Source of the DNA: Vicinamibacteria bacterium
Lineage (GTDB): Bacteria; Acidobacteriota; Vicinamibacteria; Marinacidobacterales; Marinacidobacteraceae
Assembly (NCBI GenBank): GCA_963555995.3
Contig: OY821641.1
Span: forward strand, 256,001 to 320,000
Direction: 5' to 3'
DNA: 64,000 bases
A program made the translations under genes and the position numbers. The notes beneath the pieces were generated by a model. It saw nothing but the letters and a program-made list of their open reading frames with translations, made no database searches and was not told the DNA's origin. Numbering within the stretch: position 1 is the first letter of the stretch; the number at the start of each line of letters is the position of its first letter. Positions 35,866 through 45,468 of this stretch are shown here, piece by piece.

Positions 35866-38118
35866 CTACCGGAGAACGTCGAACTGGCGGGTGTACTTGA
35901 CCGTCAGGCTGCGGTTCTGGGGGCCGATCAGGACGTTGCCGAGTCCCTCGGTGTCGTTATAGACGACGAAGAGGCCGGTCCCGGCGGTGTTCAGCCAACT
36001 GAAACGGACGTTCGAGGACCAGATGTCGGCGTCGTCGTTGTACTGGACGAGCGCCTGCAGGTAGATCAGCGGGGTGAAGTTGTACGCGACCCGGAACTGG
36101 CCGAGGTTCGCCACGAAGCCGCCCTCGGCCAACTGGATGTCGTTGTAGAGCCAGGCTACCGAGGTGATGAGGCGGGTTCCCCAGCGGTAGTTGAAGGTGG
36201 TGTCCACCGAGGTCTGGTCGCCCGAGAGGAACCCGCCGTAGTCGAGTGCCCCGTTGTAGGAGAAGGGGGCGGCGCGGTTCGTGTTCCACCGCCAGCCGAG
36301 TTGCCAGTGCTCGTAGGTGCCGGGCGGGACCACGATGCCCTCCCGGATCTCGAAGGGCTCCTGAAGACCCTCCACGATCCGGTTCATCGCCGGACTGAAG
36401 TAGTAGCCGTTCTCGAAGTCGATGTGGCTGTCCACGTGCAGCCGGCTGGTCTCCAGGAAACCGTCCAGGGTCTGGAAGCCGGAGTAGGTGATGTGGGGCC
36501 GGAGCTCGCGGAGGGGGGCCGGAAAACTCTGCAGCCATGCCGGCCGGTAGTAGCCGAAGTAGCCGTAGTCGTAGTTGCGGTAGGCCCTCCGGCGCAGGAA
36601 GCCGACTTCCGGGTTGAAGTTGGAGGCGACTTCGGTCACGCCCCACCAGAGGCGGAGATCCCGGCGGAAGTACTCACCGCGGGCGCTGTAGGCGTACTCC
36701 CCGCCGTCGAGCATCTCGTAACCGGGCGTTTCGGTTCGGGCCGCGAACCCACTGAAGGTGAGCGTCTCGCCAATCCCGAGCCGGCCGTCCACGCCCCAGG
36801 TACGGTTCCAGTCGTCCTCGGAGGAGGGGCCGCTGGTGCCCATCCGGTTCACGAACATGGTCCCGAGCGAGGATCGCTCGCCGAACTCGCGGCTCAGGCT
36901 CATCACGGTGAAGTTGTTGGCCGCGACCACCCCGGCGACCTCCTGGGTCTGCATGTTCAGGAAACCCAGGTTGTAGTCGCCGGCCTTTCCGGAGAGCCGG
37001 GCGCCGCCCAGGATGGGAACGGGGACGCCGCCGGGTCCGATACCGATCCGGCGGCTGAAGAACAGGTCGACCGAACTTCCCCGGCCCATCGAGAAGTTCC
37101 CGGCGTTCTCGAGGAAGAAAGGCCGCTTCTCGGGGAAGAAGAGATTGAAACGGGACAGGTTGATCTGCTGGTCGTCCACCTCCACCTGGGCGAAGTCGGT
37201 GTTGTAGGTGAGGTCCACATTCAAGCTCGGGGTGAGGCCGACCTTGGCATCGACTCCGAAGTCGGTGTTCGTCTGCGTCTCGAGTTCGACCCGGTAGTCG
37301 CGGCCGGCGGCGCCCAGCGCGTAGGGGGTGATCTTGAAGTTGCGGGGGCTCTGAAGTTCGAGTCCGTGCAACTCGCCGGCCGAAGACAGCCGGTAGAGGT
37401 CGTAGATCCGGGCCACCGGGGACCAGTAGTCCTCCTCGCGCTTCCGGCGGATGTTGCGGTGGAAGTTGATCCCCCAGGTCTGCGGGCTCGATCCGTAGCG
37501 CAGGGTCCGCAGCGGGATCGCGAACTCGGCGGACCAGCCCTCGTCCGTCACCTGGGTGGCCACCCTCCAGCTCGCATCCCAGTTCACGTTGAAACCGCCG
37601 CCGGACCCGGTTCGGGCGCGCATCTGGGGTCCGCCGCCGCCTCCGCCGCCTCCGCCGCCGGCGTTGCTCAACTGGCCGTCGTACTCCAGACCCGCCGGAG
37701 TGGTCCCGAAGACGAAGCCGTTCTGGAGGTCGTGGTAGGTGTCGAAGACGACCCGGAAGGAATCCGTGTCCTGCAGGTTGGAGTCGCGCCGCGCGTCGGT
37801 GGCGATGATTCCCGCGGGGTCGCTGTCGTAGAGCATCGCGCCGATATAGACCGCCTCGTCGTCGAAGAGGATGCGTACTTCGGTGCGTTCGGTGGCCGGC
37901 TGGCCTTCGAAGGGCTCCGCCTGGATGAAGTCGGTTAGGGGTTCGGCGGCCGCCCAGACGTCCTCGTCGAGGCGGCCGTCGATCGCCGGCGCCTCGATGG
38001 TGGAAAACGCGCGGCCGATGCGGGTGCCGGTCGCCGATTCGTCTTCGGCGCCCAGGCTGAGCCCTGCCGCGAGAGGCAGGGCGCCGAGGGCGAAGAGGGG
38101 GAGGGCCGGGAAGCGCAT
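35866..38118 (-). CDS. CBM9-like + DUF5916 outer-membrane protein
   Basis: Signal peptide, PAIDGRLDE..W, WSAEFAIP..TLRY, NTDFAQVEVD, FFPEKRPFFLE, beta-strand-rich C-terminus. Confidence 0.88.
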   Translation of the reverse strand: MRFPALPLFALGALPLAAGLSLGAEDESATGTRIGRAFSTIEAPAIDGRLDEDVWAAAEPLTDFIQAEPFEGQPATERTEVRILFDDEAVYIGAMLYDSDPAGIIATDARRDSNLQDTDSFRVVFDTYHDLQNGFVFGTTPAGLEYDGQLSNAGGGGGGGGGGPQMRARTGSGGGFNVNWDASWRVATQVTDEGWSAEFAIPLRTLRYGSSPQTWGINFHRNIRRKREEDYWSPVARIYDLYRLSSAGELHGLELQSPRNFKITPYALGAAGRDYRVELETQTNTDFGVDAKVGLTPSLNVDLTYNTDFAQVEVDDQQINLSRFNLFFPEKRPFFLENAGNFSMGRGSSVDLFFSRRIGIGPGGVPVPILGGARLSGKAGDYNLGFLNMQTQEVAGVVAANNFTVMSLSREFGERSSLGTMFVNRMGTSGPSSEDDWNRTWGVDGRLGIGETLTFSGFAARTETPGYEMLDGGEYAYSARGEYFRRDLRLWWGVTEVASNFNPEVGFLRRRAYRNYDYGYFGYYRPAWLQSFPAPLRELRPHITYSGFQTLDGFLETSRLHVDSHIDFENGYYFSPAMNRIVEGLQEPFEIREGIVVPPGTYEHWQLGWRWNTNRAAPFSYNGALDYGGFLSGDQTSVDTTFNYRWGTRLITSVAWLYNDIQLAEGGFVANLGQFRVAYNFTPLIYLQALVQYNDDADIWSSNVRFSWLNTAGTGLFVVYNDTEGLGNVLIGPQNRSLTVKYTRQFDVLR

Positions 38119-38333
38119 AACCGGTCAAATTTACCGCGCCGGACGCCGTCGCGCACGTCTTGAAAACCGCGGGGCCGGGACGGGTTTTCCACGACGCGTG
38201 AGAGCTGCGGAACGCGGCGGTGAGAAGACCGTGAGGACCGTCGGGAGACACTGTTTGCGGGCCGTTCCGGCCCCGGCCGCATGACATAGTTCGCGCCGCC
38301 CGTCCACCCGGCGGGAGAGGAGACACGCAGGAC

Positions 38334-39113
38334 ATGAACGAGAAGGCCCCGGCGAGCACCCGCGAACTGCTGGACTTCGCCACCGAGATCGCCTGGGAGG
38401 CCGGGCGCCTCATCATGAGCCACTTCCAGGTGGGAGTGGGCGTTTCCACGAAGCCGGACCGGACGCCGGTGACGGAGGCGGACATTGCCGGCGAGCGGCT
38501 GCTCCGGAAGCGCATCGAGGCGAAGTTCCCCGGCCACCGGATCCTCGGCGAGGAAGACGGCGAGTCGGGTTCCGACCCCGCCCACCGCTGGATCCTCGAC
38601 CCCATTGACGGCACCACCTCGTTCATCCACGGCGTGCCGCTCTTCGGGATGCTCATCGGCCTCGAGATCAACGACGAGGCCGTGGTCGGGGTGTGCAACA
38701 TCGCCGGACTCGGCGAGATGGTCACCGGGGCCGTGGGGGAGGGGGCCTTCTGGAACGGCCGCCCGGCGCGGGTCTCGAAGGTGACGGAGATCGGGAACGC
38801 GCTCGCCACCACCACCGATCCGGCGACCATCGGCCCCATCTGGGACGCGGTCGGCGCGAGAGGCGCGGTCCGCCGCACCTGGGGCGACGCCTTCGGCCAC
38901 GCGCTGGTGTGCACCGGCCGCTCCGAAATCGGCCTCGATCCCGAGATGAAGGCGTGGGATTCGAGCCCGTTCCTGCCGATCCTCGAAGAGGCGGGCGGCC
39001 GCTTCACCGACTGGGACGGCAACCGCACCATCCACGGCCCGAACGCGCTGAGCACCAACGGCGCCCTGCACGACGAGGTCCTGGAGCTCCTCGCCGAAGT
39101 CGGCGGCAAGTAG
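38334..39113 (+). CDS. Inositol monophosphatase family protein (HisN-like histidinol-phosphatase)
   Basis: PVTEAD, GEE, WILDPIDGTTSF, WD motif. Confidence 0.85.
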   Translation: MNEKAPASTRELLDFATEIAWEAGRLIMSHFQVGVGVSTKPDRTPVTEADIAGERLLRKRIEAKFPGHRILGEEDGESGSDPAHRWILDPIDGTTSFIHGVPLFGMLIGLEINDEAVVGVCNIAGLGEMVTGAVGEGAFWNGRPARVSKVTEIGNALATTTDPATIGPIWDAVGARGAVRRTWGDAFGHALVCTGRSEIGLDPEMKAWDSSPFLPILEEAGGRFTDWDGNRTIHGPNALSTNGALHDEVLELLAEVGGK

Positions 39114-39144
39114 CAAGGACCCTGGCTGGCGCGAGTACGCGCAC

Positions 39145-39208
39145 GGCTTGGAACGCCGGTCTCCAGACCGGCACGCGCGGCGCTCCGCGCCGCGCACGTC
39201 GTAACCCC
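39145..39208. repeat. REP type B with GGA-loop hairpin
   Basis: Near reverse complement of 47404-47467. Confidence 0.82.
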
Positions 39209-39242
39209 ACCCACCATCATGGCACCCACGTGGCCAGCGCAG

Positions 39243-39478
39243 GTCAGGCGGGATGCATCGGCGTTCGAATGCCGCGTGACTTTGTCCACCGGCTGCTAGC
39301 AGCCTGTGGTGAAACCCACGTGAGCGCCGAGACGGGCGAGGCGCCCGGCTGACAAGGCGCGTGAGGGAGGAATACCCGGTGTATTCCGACCGAAACGCAA
39401 CGCAGAGCGCCTCGTAGAGGCGCGGTTCAGCGGGGATGCATCGCCCGTCGAACGCCGCGTGGGTTTTGCCACCGGCTG
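39243..39478. mobile_element. MITE right-half fragment (39243-39295) plus full copy (39300-39478) flanked by CTAG
   Basis: CTAG at 39296-39299 and 39479-39482; TIRs CAGCCTGTGG / CCACCGGCTG; conserved core. Confidence 0.82.
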
Positions 39479-39510
39479 CTAGGGTTTCCCACCGGCCGCA
39501 AGACCGACTC

Positions 39511-40932
39511 ATGCACGCCATTCCCACCCACAGCCTCCTCCTCGCCGTGCCGCTTGCCGGGGCGGCGTGTTCCGGTTCCGAGGCACCCGCTGCGCAGCCG
39601 GCCGAGCGTCTCCTGATCGACGGCGGCACCGTGGTGGTGATGGACGACGCGGGGACGATCCTCGAAGGCGGCGCGGTGCTCGTCGAGGGCGACCGGATTG
39701 CCGGGCTCTTCGACCGGGCAGCGCCTCGGCCGTCCGGGATCCCCACCCTCGACGCCACCGGGCAACTCGTCATCCCCGGGCTCATCAACACCCACGGGCA
39801 CGCCGCAATGTCCCTGCTCCGCGGGCTCGCGGACGACCTGCCGCTGATGGACTGGCTGGAACAGAACATCTTCCCGGCCGAAGCCGAACTCGTGGCGCCC
39901 GACTTCGTCTATTGGGGAACGCTCCTGTCGTCCATCGAGATGCTGAAGAGCGGGACGACCACCTTCACCGACATGTACTACTTCCGGGACGAGGTGGCCC
40001 GGGCGACGATCGAGGCCGGGATTCGCGCTGTGGTCGGCCCGCACGTGATCGGCTTCCCGACCCCCGATTTCGCGACCCCGGAGGAATCGCTCGCCGAGGC
40101 GGATGCTTTCATGGAGCGGTACCGGGACCATCCGCTCCTCATCCCCGGCACCGCCGCCCACGCGCTCTACACGACTCCCCTGGCGCCCACTCGGGCCGCC
40201 TTCGAGGTCGCGGAGCGCCACGACGCTCCCTTCCAGATCCACGTGGTGGAAGCCCGCGATGAGGACGGGCGGATCGAGGCGGCGATCGGCATGCGCACGA
40301 TCGACGCGCTGGAGTCCATCGGGGCGCTCCGGCCGGGAACGGTCCTCGCGCACGGCACCTACCTGTCGGACGAGGACATCCGCAAGGTCGCAGCGGGAGG
40401 CGCCGGGGTGGTCCACAACCCGGAGAGCAACATGAAACTCGGCGCGGACCGGGCGGCCCCGGTGGAGGCGCTCCTTGCCGCTGGCGTTCCGGTGGGTCTT
40501 GGCACCGACGGCCCCGCGAGCAACAACGACCTCGACATGTTCGGTGAGATGGACACCGCCGCGAAGCTGCACAAGTTCGCGACCGGCGATCCGACCTCGC
40601 TGCCGGCCGAGACGGTCTTCCGGATGGCCACCACCTACGGCGCGCGGGTGCTGAACCAGCAGGACCAGATCGGCTCCCTCGACGTCGGCAAGAAGGCCGA
40701 CATCGTGCTGGTGGAAACCCGGCGCGCGGGGATGACGCCGCTCTATCGCCCCTACTCCCACCTCGTCTACGTGACCCGGGGGAGCGATGTCCGTACCGTG
40801 CTGGTAAACGGGCGGGTCGTCGTACGCGACGCCGAGATCACCACCGTGGACGAGGTCGAGGTGATGGAGAAGGCCCGGGCGTTCGCCGACCAGGTCCGCG
40901 AGGTCGTGGCGCGGGTGAACGCCGGCCGCTGA
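39511..40932 (+). CDS. Amidohydrolase (MtaD/AtzA-like deaminase) with lipoprotein signal
   Basis: LAGAAC lipobox; PGLINTHGH, IHVVE, LAHG, HNPESNMKL, LGTDGPASNN. Confidence 0.88.
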   Translation: MHAIPTHSLLLAVPLAGAACSGSEAPAAQPAERLLIDGGTVVVMDDAGTILEGGAVLVEGDRIAGLFDRAAPRPSGIPTLDATGQLVIPGLINTHGHAAMSLLRGLADDLPLMDWLEQNIFPAEAELVAPDFVYWGTLLSSIEMLKSGTTTFTDMYYFRDEVARATIEAGIRAVVGPHVIGFPTPDFATPEESLAEADAFMERYRDHPLLIPGTAAHALYTTPLAPTRAAFEVAERHDAPFQIHVVEARDEDGRIEAAIGMRTIDALESIGALRPGTVLAHGTYLSDEDIRKVAAGGAGVVHNPESNMKLGADRAAPVEALLAAGVPVGLGTDGPASNNDLDMFGEMDTAAKLHKFATGDPTSLPAETVFRMATTYGARVLNQQDQIGSLDVGKKADIVLVETRRAGMTPLYRPYSHLVYVTRGSDVRTVLVNGRVVVRDAEITTVDEVEVMEKARAFADQVREVVARVNAGR

Positions 40933-40982
40933 CCGGGGCCGTCGCGCGGTTCAGCTTTCTGGACGCCCGCCGGAGGCGGGCG

Positions 40983-41012
40983 GTGCCGGTCTGGAGACCG
41001 GCGTTCCAAGCC
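40983..41012. repeat. REP type B single copy between convergent genes
   Basis: GTGCCGGTCTGGAGACCGGCGTTCCAAGCC. Confidence 0.8.
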
Positions 41013-41040
41013 GGGGGTATACCGGGGTTCGCGGTCCCGA

Positions 41041-41967
41041 TCACTCCATCGGGCGCAGCTCTTTCCAGCGCTCGATGAACGCGACCGCAGCCTCGACGAA
41101 CGCTTCGGCCCCGCGGCGGCCGCGCTCCACGCTCGACTCCTCGAGGTCGCGGACGCTCCAGACGCCGGTGTCGGTGATCTCGCGGGTGGAGGTGCCCTTG
41201 CCCGTCACCTCGGCCTTGAGGTTCTCGGCGAGGAACACCCGGAGCGCGGTGGGATCGCCCGCGACCACCTCGGGGACCATGCGCTCCAGGTGTTCCGGCA
41301 TCGTGAGGGTGGCGTCCCGGGCTCGCGACAGGTCCACGAGATCGGGGATGAGGTAGAGCGAACTCGACGTCTCGCCCACGCCCCCGTGTCGGTCGAAGAC
41401 CGGTTCTTCGGACTCGGGCTCGGCCCGCGCCTCCTGGCGAAATGGCGCTGCCGCCGCGCCCAGTTCCACCGCGATGCCCTCTGTCTCGTGGTTGATGCGG
41501 TCCGCGATGTACTGGGAGATGACGCGGTTGCCCCCGTGCGCGTTCAGGATCAGGAACCGCTTGAAGCCCTGCCGCATCAGGCTCTTGGCGGCCTCGAAAT
41601 AGACCTGCTGGATGGTCTCCGCCGGCAGGCTGACGGTCCCCGGAAACCCCAGGTGATACGCCGCGTTGCCCACGAACAGGATCGGCGCGACCAGCACGTC
41701 GGTCCGCTGGGCGACGAGCTTGGCGCGCTCCATCCCGTTCAGGAAGTCGGTGCCGATCGGGAGGTGCGGCCCGTGCTGTTCCAGCGAGCCCACCGGCAGG
41801 ATCACCATGTCGGTGCGGGTGAGGAGGTCCTCGACCTCCGTCCAGCTCATGTGGGGCAGGTAGTTCCTGACCTTCGTTTCTCCCCAGAGCGGATTCGTCT
41901 GGGCGCTGGCGACGCCCGCTGCGAGGAGCGCCCCGACGATGGCATGGGTGAACGTGTTCCTCGGCAT
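41041..41967 (-). CDS. Creatininase family amidohydrolase with signal peptide
   Basis: GSLEQHGPHLPIGTD, HLGFPGT, NAHGGN, HGGVGETS; N-terminal VASA|Q signal. Confidence 0.88.
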   Translation of the reverse strand: MPRNTFTHAIVGALLAAGVASAQTNPLWGETKVRNYLPHMSWTEVEDLLTRTDMVILPVGSLEQHGPHLPIGTDFLNGMERAKLVAQRTDVLVAPILFVGNAAYHLGFPGTVSLPAETIQQVYFEAAKSLMRQGFKRFLILNAHGGNRVISQYIADRINHETEGIAVELGAAAAPFRQEARAEPESEEPVFDRHGGVGETSSSLYLIPDLVDLSRARDATLTMPEHLERMVPEVVAGDPTALRVFLAENLKAEVTGKGTSTREITDTGVWSVRDLEESSVERGRRGAEAFVEAAVAFIERWKELRPME

Positions 41968-41968
41968 G

Positions 41969-43780
41969 TCAATGACTCCCTTCGGATTGGTTTGAGGTTC
42001 TTGAAGACCGGCTTTCGAAGCGGCCCCGGCGGAGCCGGTTCAGCGCGGCGGCGATCTCGTAGCGGCGAGGACGGGCGAGACGGCCGGGATGGGCGCCGGC
42101 GCGGCCTTCGGCCGTCAGCGATTCGAGCCCCGTCTCGTCGAGCCGGGCCTCAAGGGAATCGAGGAGCTCGCGGACCGGGAGCCCCGGGAAGTCCCGGGAG
42201 GCGGCGGCCATCGCGTACCCGGCGGCCCGGGTCTGGCTCTCGTCGAAGAGCTGTTCCACCGCCCGGAGGTCTACCTCCTCCTCGCCGTAGAGGAGGAGGT
42301 CGCGGCGCGTGGCCCGGATCCGTGGGGTCCCCTTGCGGCCGGCCGGGTCGAAACTCCGCGGTTCGGGATGGCGCTCCCGCCCGTGGAAGCCGGCGGCCCC
42401 GGCATCGGGAGACCGCCGCGTCGGATAGCGCGCGGCCACCTCGCGAGCCTGGGCGGTCACCTCGCGCGGGCGGTAGTCCGCCAACTGGATCACCGTGTCC
42501 GCAGCGTCGAAATAGTCCCCGGACCCCCCCATGACCAGGATGGTGGAGACCCGGTGGCGCTCGAAGAGTTCGCGCACCCGGTCCAGCAGCGCCACGATCG
42601 GTTCCGCCTCCCGCGCCACGAGCGCCTGCATCCGGGCGTCGCGGATCATCAGGTTGGTGGCCGAGGTGTCCTCGTCCATCAGCAGGAGCCGGGACCCCGC
42701 TTCGAGCGCCTCGACGATGGACGCGGCCTGGGAGGTGCTGCCGCTCGCGTTCTCCGTGCTGAACGCGGTGGTGGCCCGTCCCCCGGGAAGCTCGCGGATG
42801 AAAGGGCTCACATCCACCGAGGACACCGCGCGTCCTTCCTCGGCGCGGATGGTCACCGCGTCCGCCCGGGTGACCACCAGCTCCCGCCCGTCCCCGGGGA
42901 CGTGGGGGACCACCGAGCGGGCGAGCGCCTGGAGGAGCGTGGACTTGCCGTGGAAGCCGCCGCCCACGATGAGCGTCACGCCTTCCGGGATGCCCATCCC
43001 CCGGATCTCCCGGGGGCCGTCTCCCGGGTGGAGCAGGGACAGGCTCACCCGCAGCGATGCCGGGCTCTCGAAGGGAACGACCCCATCCGCGAGCGGGCGT
43101 TCGCTTGCGCCGTGGGCGCGCGGGAGGATCGCCCCGTCGGGCACGAAGGCGGCGAGGCTCCGGGCTTCGAGCTGGGAACGAAGGTGGTTCTGGTTCTCGA
43201 CCGCGTTCACGAAGGACTCGGGCGCCCCCTCCGGAAGGCTCCGGAACACGAGCGCCCGCCCCGCGATGGCAGGAAGTTCACGGGTCAGCAGGTCGGCGGC
43301 GCGGTGGCCGAGGATCCGGCGCCCCGCCGCCGGCAGACCTACCTCCACGCGGGCTTCGACGAAACCCGGGCCGGAGGGATCGCCGGAGATCCGGATCGCG
43401 GTGCGTTCGAGGACCTCCTGGCCGCCCGCGTCGATCCGGATCTGCCCGCTGTGGCCGGACCCCGCCGAGCTTCCCGAACGGGGAATCGCCCGGCGGAACT
43501 CCCGGGCCAGGAAGTCGGCGAGCGCGGTCCGGCGCGCCCGGTTGGAAGCGAGCGCAGCGGGAAAGCCGGCCGTTCCCCCGTCCATCCGGACCCGGACGCG
43601 GGAGGGAGGGGCGAAGGGATCGCGGGCCACCCGGTCCACGAAGACGGTGATGCCGTTCCCGAGGGACCACGCCCCTTCGAGATCCCGGTAGGCCGGATAG
43701 CCGCGTCCGTCCAGTCGGCGGGCGGCGCCGGCCAGGTCGGAGCCGCCACGCGGGGAGGGACGGGCGCGGTAGGCGGTGAT
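41969..43780 (-). CDS. ABC-class ATPase domain protein (COG3044 type); start uncertain
   Basis: LDGRGYPAYRDL, DPFAPPS, GGGFHGKST, ASGSTSQA, LLMDEDTSATN, RRYEIAAALNRLR. Confidence 0.85.
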   Translation of the reverse strand: MTAYRARPSPRGGSDLAGAARRLDGRGYPAYRDLEGAWSLGNGITVFVDRVARDPFAPPSRVRVRMDGGTAGFPAALASNRARRTALADFLAREFRRAIPRSGSSAGSGHSGQIRIDAGGQEVLERTAIRISGDPSGPGFVEARVEVGLPAAGRRILGHRAADLLTRELPAIAGRALVFRSLPEGAPESFVNAVENQNHLRSQLEARSLAAFVPDGAILPRAHGASERPLADGVVPFESPASLRVSLSLLHPGDGPREIRGMGIPEGVTLIVGGGFHGKSTLLQALARSVVPHVPGDGRELVVTRADAVTIRAEEGRAVSSVDVSPFIRELPGGRATTAFSTENASGSTSQAASIVEALEAGSRLLLMDEDTSATNLMIRDARMQALVAREAEPIVALLDRVRELFERHRVSTILVMGGSGDYFDAADTVIQLADYRPREVTAQAREVAARYPTRRSPDAGAAGFHGRERHPEPRSFDPAGRKGTPRIRATRRDLLLYGEEEVDLRAVEQLFDESQTRAAGYAMAAASRDFPGLPVRELLDSLEARLDETGLESLTAEGRAGAHPGRLARPRRYEIAAALNRLRRGRFESRSSRTSNQSEGSH

Positions 43781-43863
43781 GGGGTTCCTCCAGGCTGCCG
43801 GTGGCGGAAACCGATCATATTGCGATGGCCGGCGCGCCCCCGCGACCGCGTCCCGGAAGTACC

Positions 43864-44865
43864 ATGCGGGAAACCGTGACATCCGAGTCCAAGCGGCGTT
43901 CCTACTGGGCGGACCAGACCGGCGACCTGCGCGCCCGGCTCGCCGCGGCGGTGCCGGCCGAGGAGTTGAAGCGGCTCCATCGGCGACGTCCCCTGCTGCA
44001 CTTCCTGGTGCTGGGCTGGCAGTTCCTCCTGCTGGCCGGCGGCGGCGCGGTCGCCTGGCGGGCTTCCGAGTGGTGGATCTGGCTACCGGCGGCCCTCGTC
44101 GTCGGGTTCACGGTCTTCAACTTCACGGTGATGCTGCACGAGGTGGTGCACGAACTGGTCTTCGGAGCCAGTGGACACGCCGGATACCGGGTGCTGCGTC
44201 ACCTCTACGCGTTCCCGAGCGGGATCTCGGCGACCCAGTTCACCCGCTGGCACCTCGATCATCACGCCCAGCTCGGGGATGCCGAGGCGGACCCCAAACG
44301 GCACTGGCTGTCCCCGAAGCGCAACGCCCGCTGGTTCAAGGCGCTGTATCTGACCCCGGCGCTCATCCCGATCTATTTCCGGGCGGCGCGGAAAGAGACG
44401 GCCGGCTATCCGGAAGACGTCCGGAGCGCCATCACCCGGGAGCGGAGGCTGACCGTGGCCGGCCACCTGGCCATCCTCGCCGTCCTCATCGCCGCCGGCG
44501 GCTTCTTCGCGGCGTTCAAGGCCTACCTGGTCCCGGTGTTCCTGGTGTTCCCGGTCGCCTTCACTGTGAACCGGCTGGGCCAGCACTACGACATCGCGCC
44601 CGACAACCCCGCGCTATGGGGCAGCGTGCTCCGCCCCTCAAGGTTTTGGGACGTCGCGTTCCTCGGGTCGGCGTACCACCTCGAGCACCACTACTTCCCG
44701 CGCGTGCCGTTCTACAACCTGCGGGCGCTCCACTTCCTGCTCCGGCCCTTCTTCGAGGAGATCGGGGCGCGTCCCACCAGCTACGGGCGGCTCGTCTGGC
44801 AGTGGTTCGTCCGTAACCGCGCACCGCACACCGACTGGCGGAAGCCGGCGGGATCGGCAGCCTGA
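43864..44865 (+). CDS. Membrane fatty acid desaturase family protein
   Basis: His boxes HEVVH, HLDHH, HLEHH; TM segments; start could be 43825. Confidence 0.88.
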   Translation: MRETVTSESKRRSYWADQTGDLRARLAAAVPAEELKRLHRRRPLLHFLVLGWQFLLLAGGGAVAWRASEWWIWLPAALVVGFTVFNFTVMLHEVVHELVFGASGHAGYRVLRHLYAFPSGISATQFTRWHLDHHAQLGDAEADPKRHWLSPKRNARWFKALYLTPALIPIYFRAARKETAGYPEDVRSAITRERRLTVAGHLAILAVLIAAGGFFAAFKAYLVPVFLVFPVAFTVNRLGQHYDIAPDNPALWGSVLRPSRFWDVAFLGSAYHLEHHYFPRVPFYNLRALHFLLRPFFEEIGARPTSYGRLVWQWFVRNRAPHTDWRKPAGSAA

Positions 44866-44894
44866 GTCGCCCGGCCGTGGCAGAATCCGGGACC

Positions 44895-45137
44895 ATGGCC
44901 AAGGGAACCGTCAAGTGGTACGACCGCCGGCGCGGCGAGGGATTCATCCAGCGCTTCGAGGGACCGGATGTCCACGTACCGAGTAGCGCGCTGCTCGACC
45001 GGGAGCCGGGGTTCCTGATCGAGGGTCAGGCGGTGGAGTTCGAGTTGCTCACCATCCCCGGCGGTTTCCGGGCGCGGGGAGTGCGGGTGGTGGACCGGCG
45101 GTCGTCACGGGAAACGGAGCCGCGGTCCTCGGGATAG
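44895..45137 (+). CDS. Cold-shock domain protein with degenerate RNP motifs
   Basis: MAKGTVKWY..RGEGFI..DVHV..L.EGQAVEFE. Confidence 0.75.
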   Translation: MAKGTVKWYDRRRGEGFIQRFEGPDVHVPSSALLDREPGFLIEGQAVEFELLTIPGGFRARGVRVVDRRSSRETEPRSSG

Positions 45138-45239
45138 GGAGAAAAGGCCGAGGCCGGCCCGGTTCTCCGGGAAGGCAAGCCGCCCACGCCCTTTGCGTCG
45201 TTTGCGGGCCGCGCCTGCCATGGGGCTCGGTGGCGTTGC

Positions 45240-45340
45240 GACGTGCGCGGCGCGGAGCGCCGCGGGTGCCGGTCTGGAGACCGGCGTTCCAGGCTGGCGG
45301 CGCCATCACGGCTCTTGGCCGACTGGCGGGACTGCATCTC
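45240..45340. repeat. REP type B plus tail shared with 18690-18733
   Basis: ACGTGCGCGGCGCGGAGCGCCGCG-GTGCCGGTCTGGAGACCGGC...GCGCCATCACGG...GCGGGACTGCATCT. Confidence 0.8.
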
Positions 45341-45468
45341 CGCAGCCACTGGCCGGCGTTCCCAGCCGCTGTCAGGCGTGGAACGTTGCGGTGTCATCTC
45401 GGTCCCGGGACCCGGCGAAGCGTGACTTCGACGCTCCGCCGGTCAGCCCGCCCGGGACGGACCCGCTG

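Noticed and set aside
37630-37662. GGC/GGA repeat tract
   Set aside because: Encodes an in-frame poly-Gly loop in the DUF5916 protein; not a contingency locus.
34954-37938. 994-aa plus-strand ORF and many similar long ORFs (19677-22028, 51333-54737, 36674-39289, 52972-55059, 56336-58504)
   Set aside because: Antisense or off-frame shadows of well-supported genes. Stop codons are rare at this GC content and these ORFs show no family motifs.
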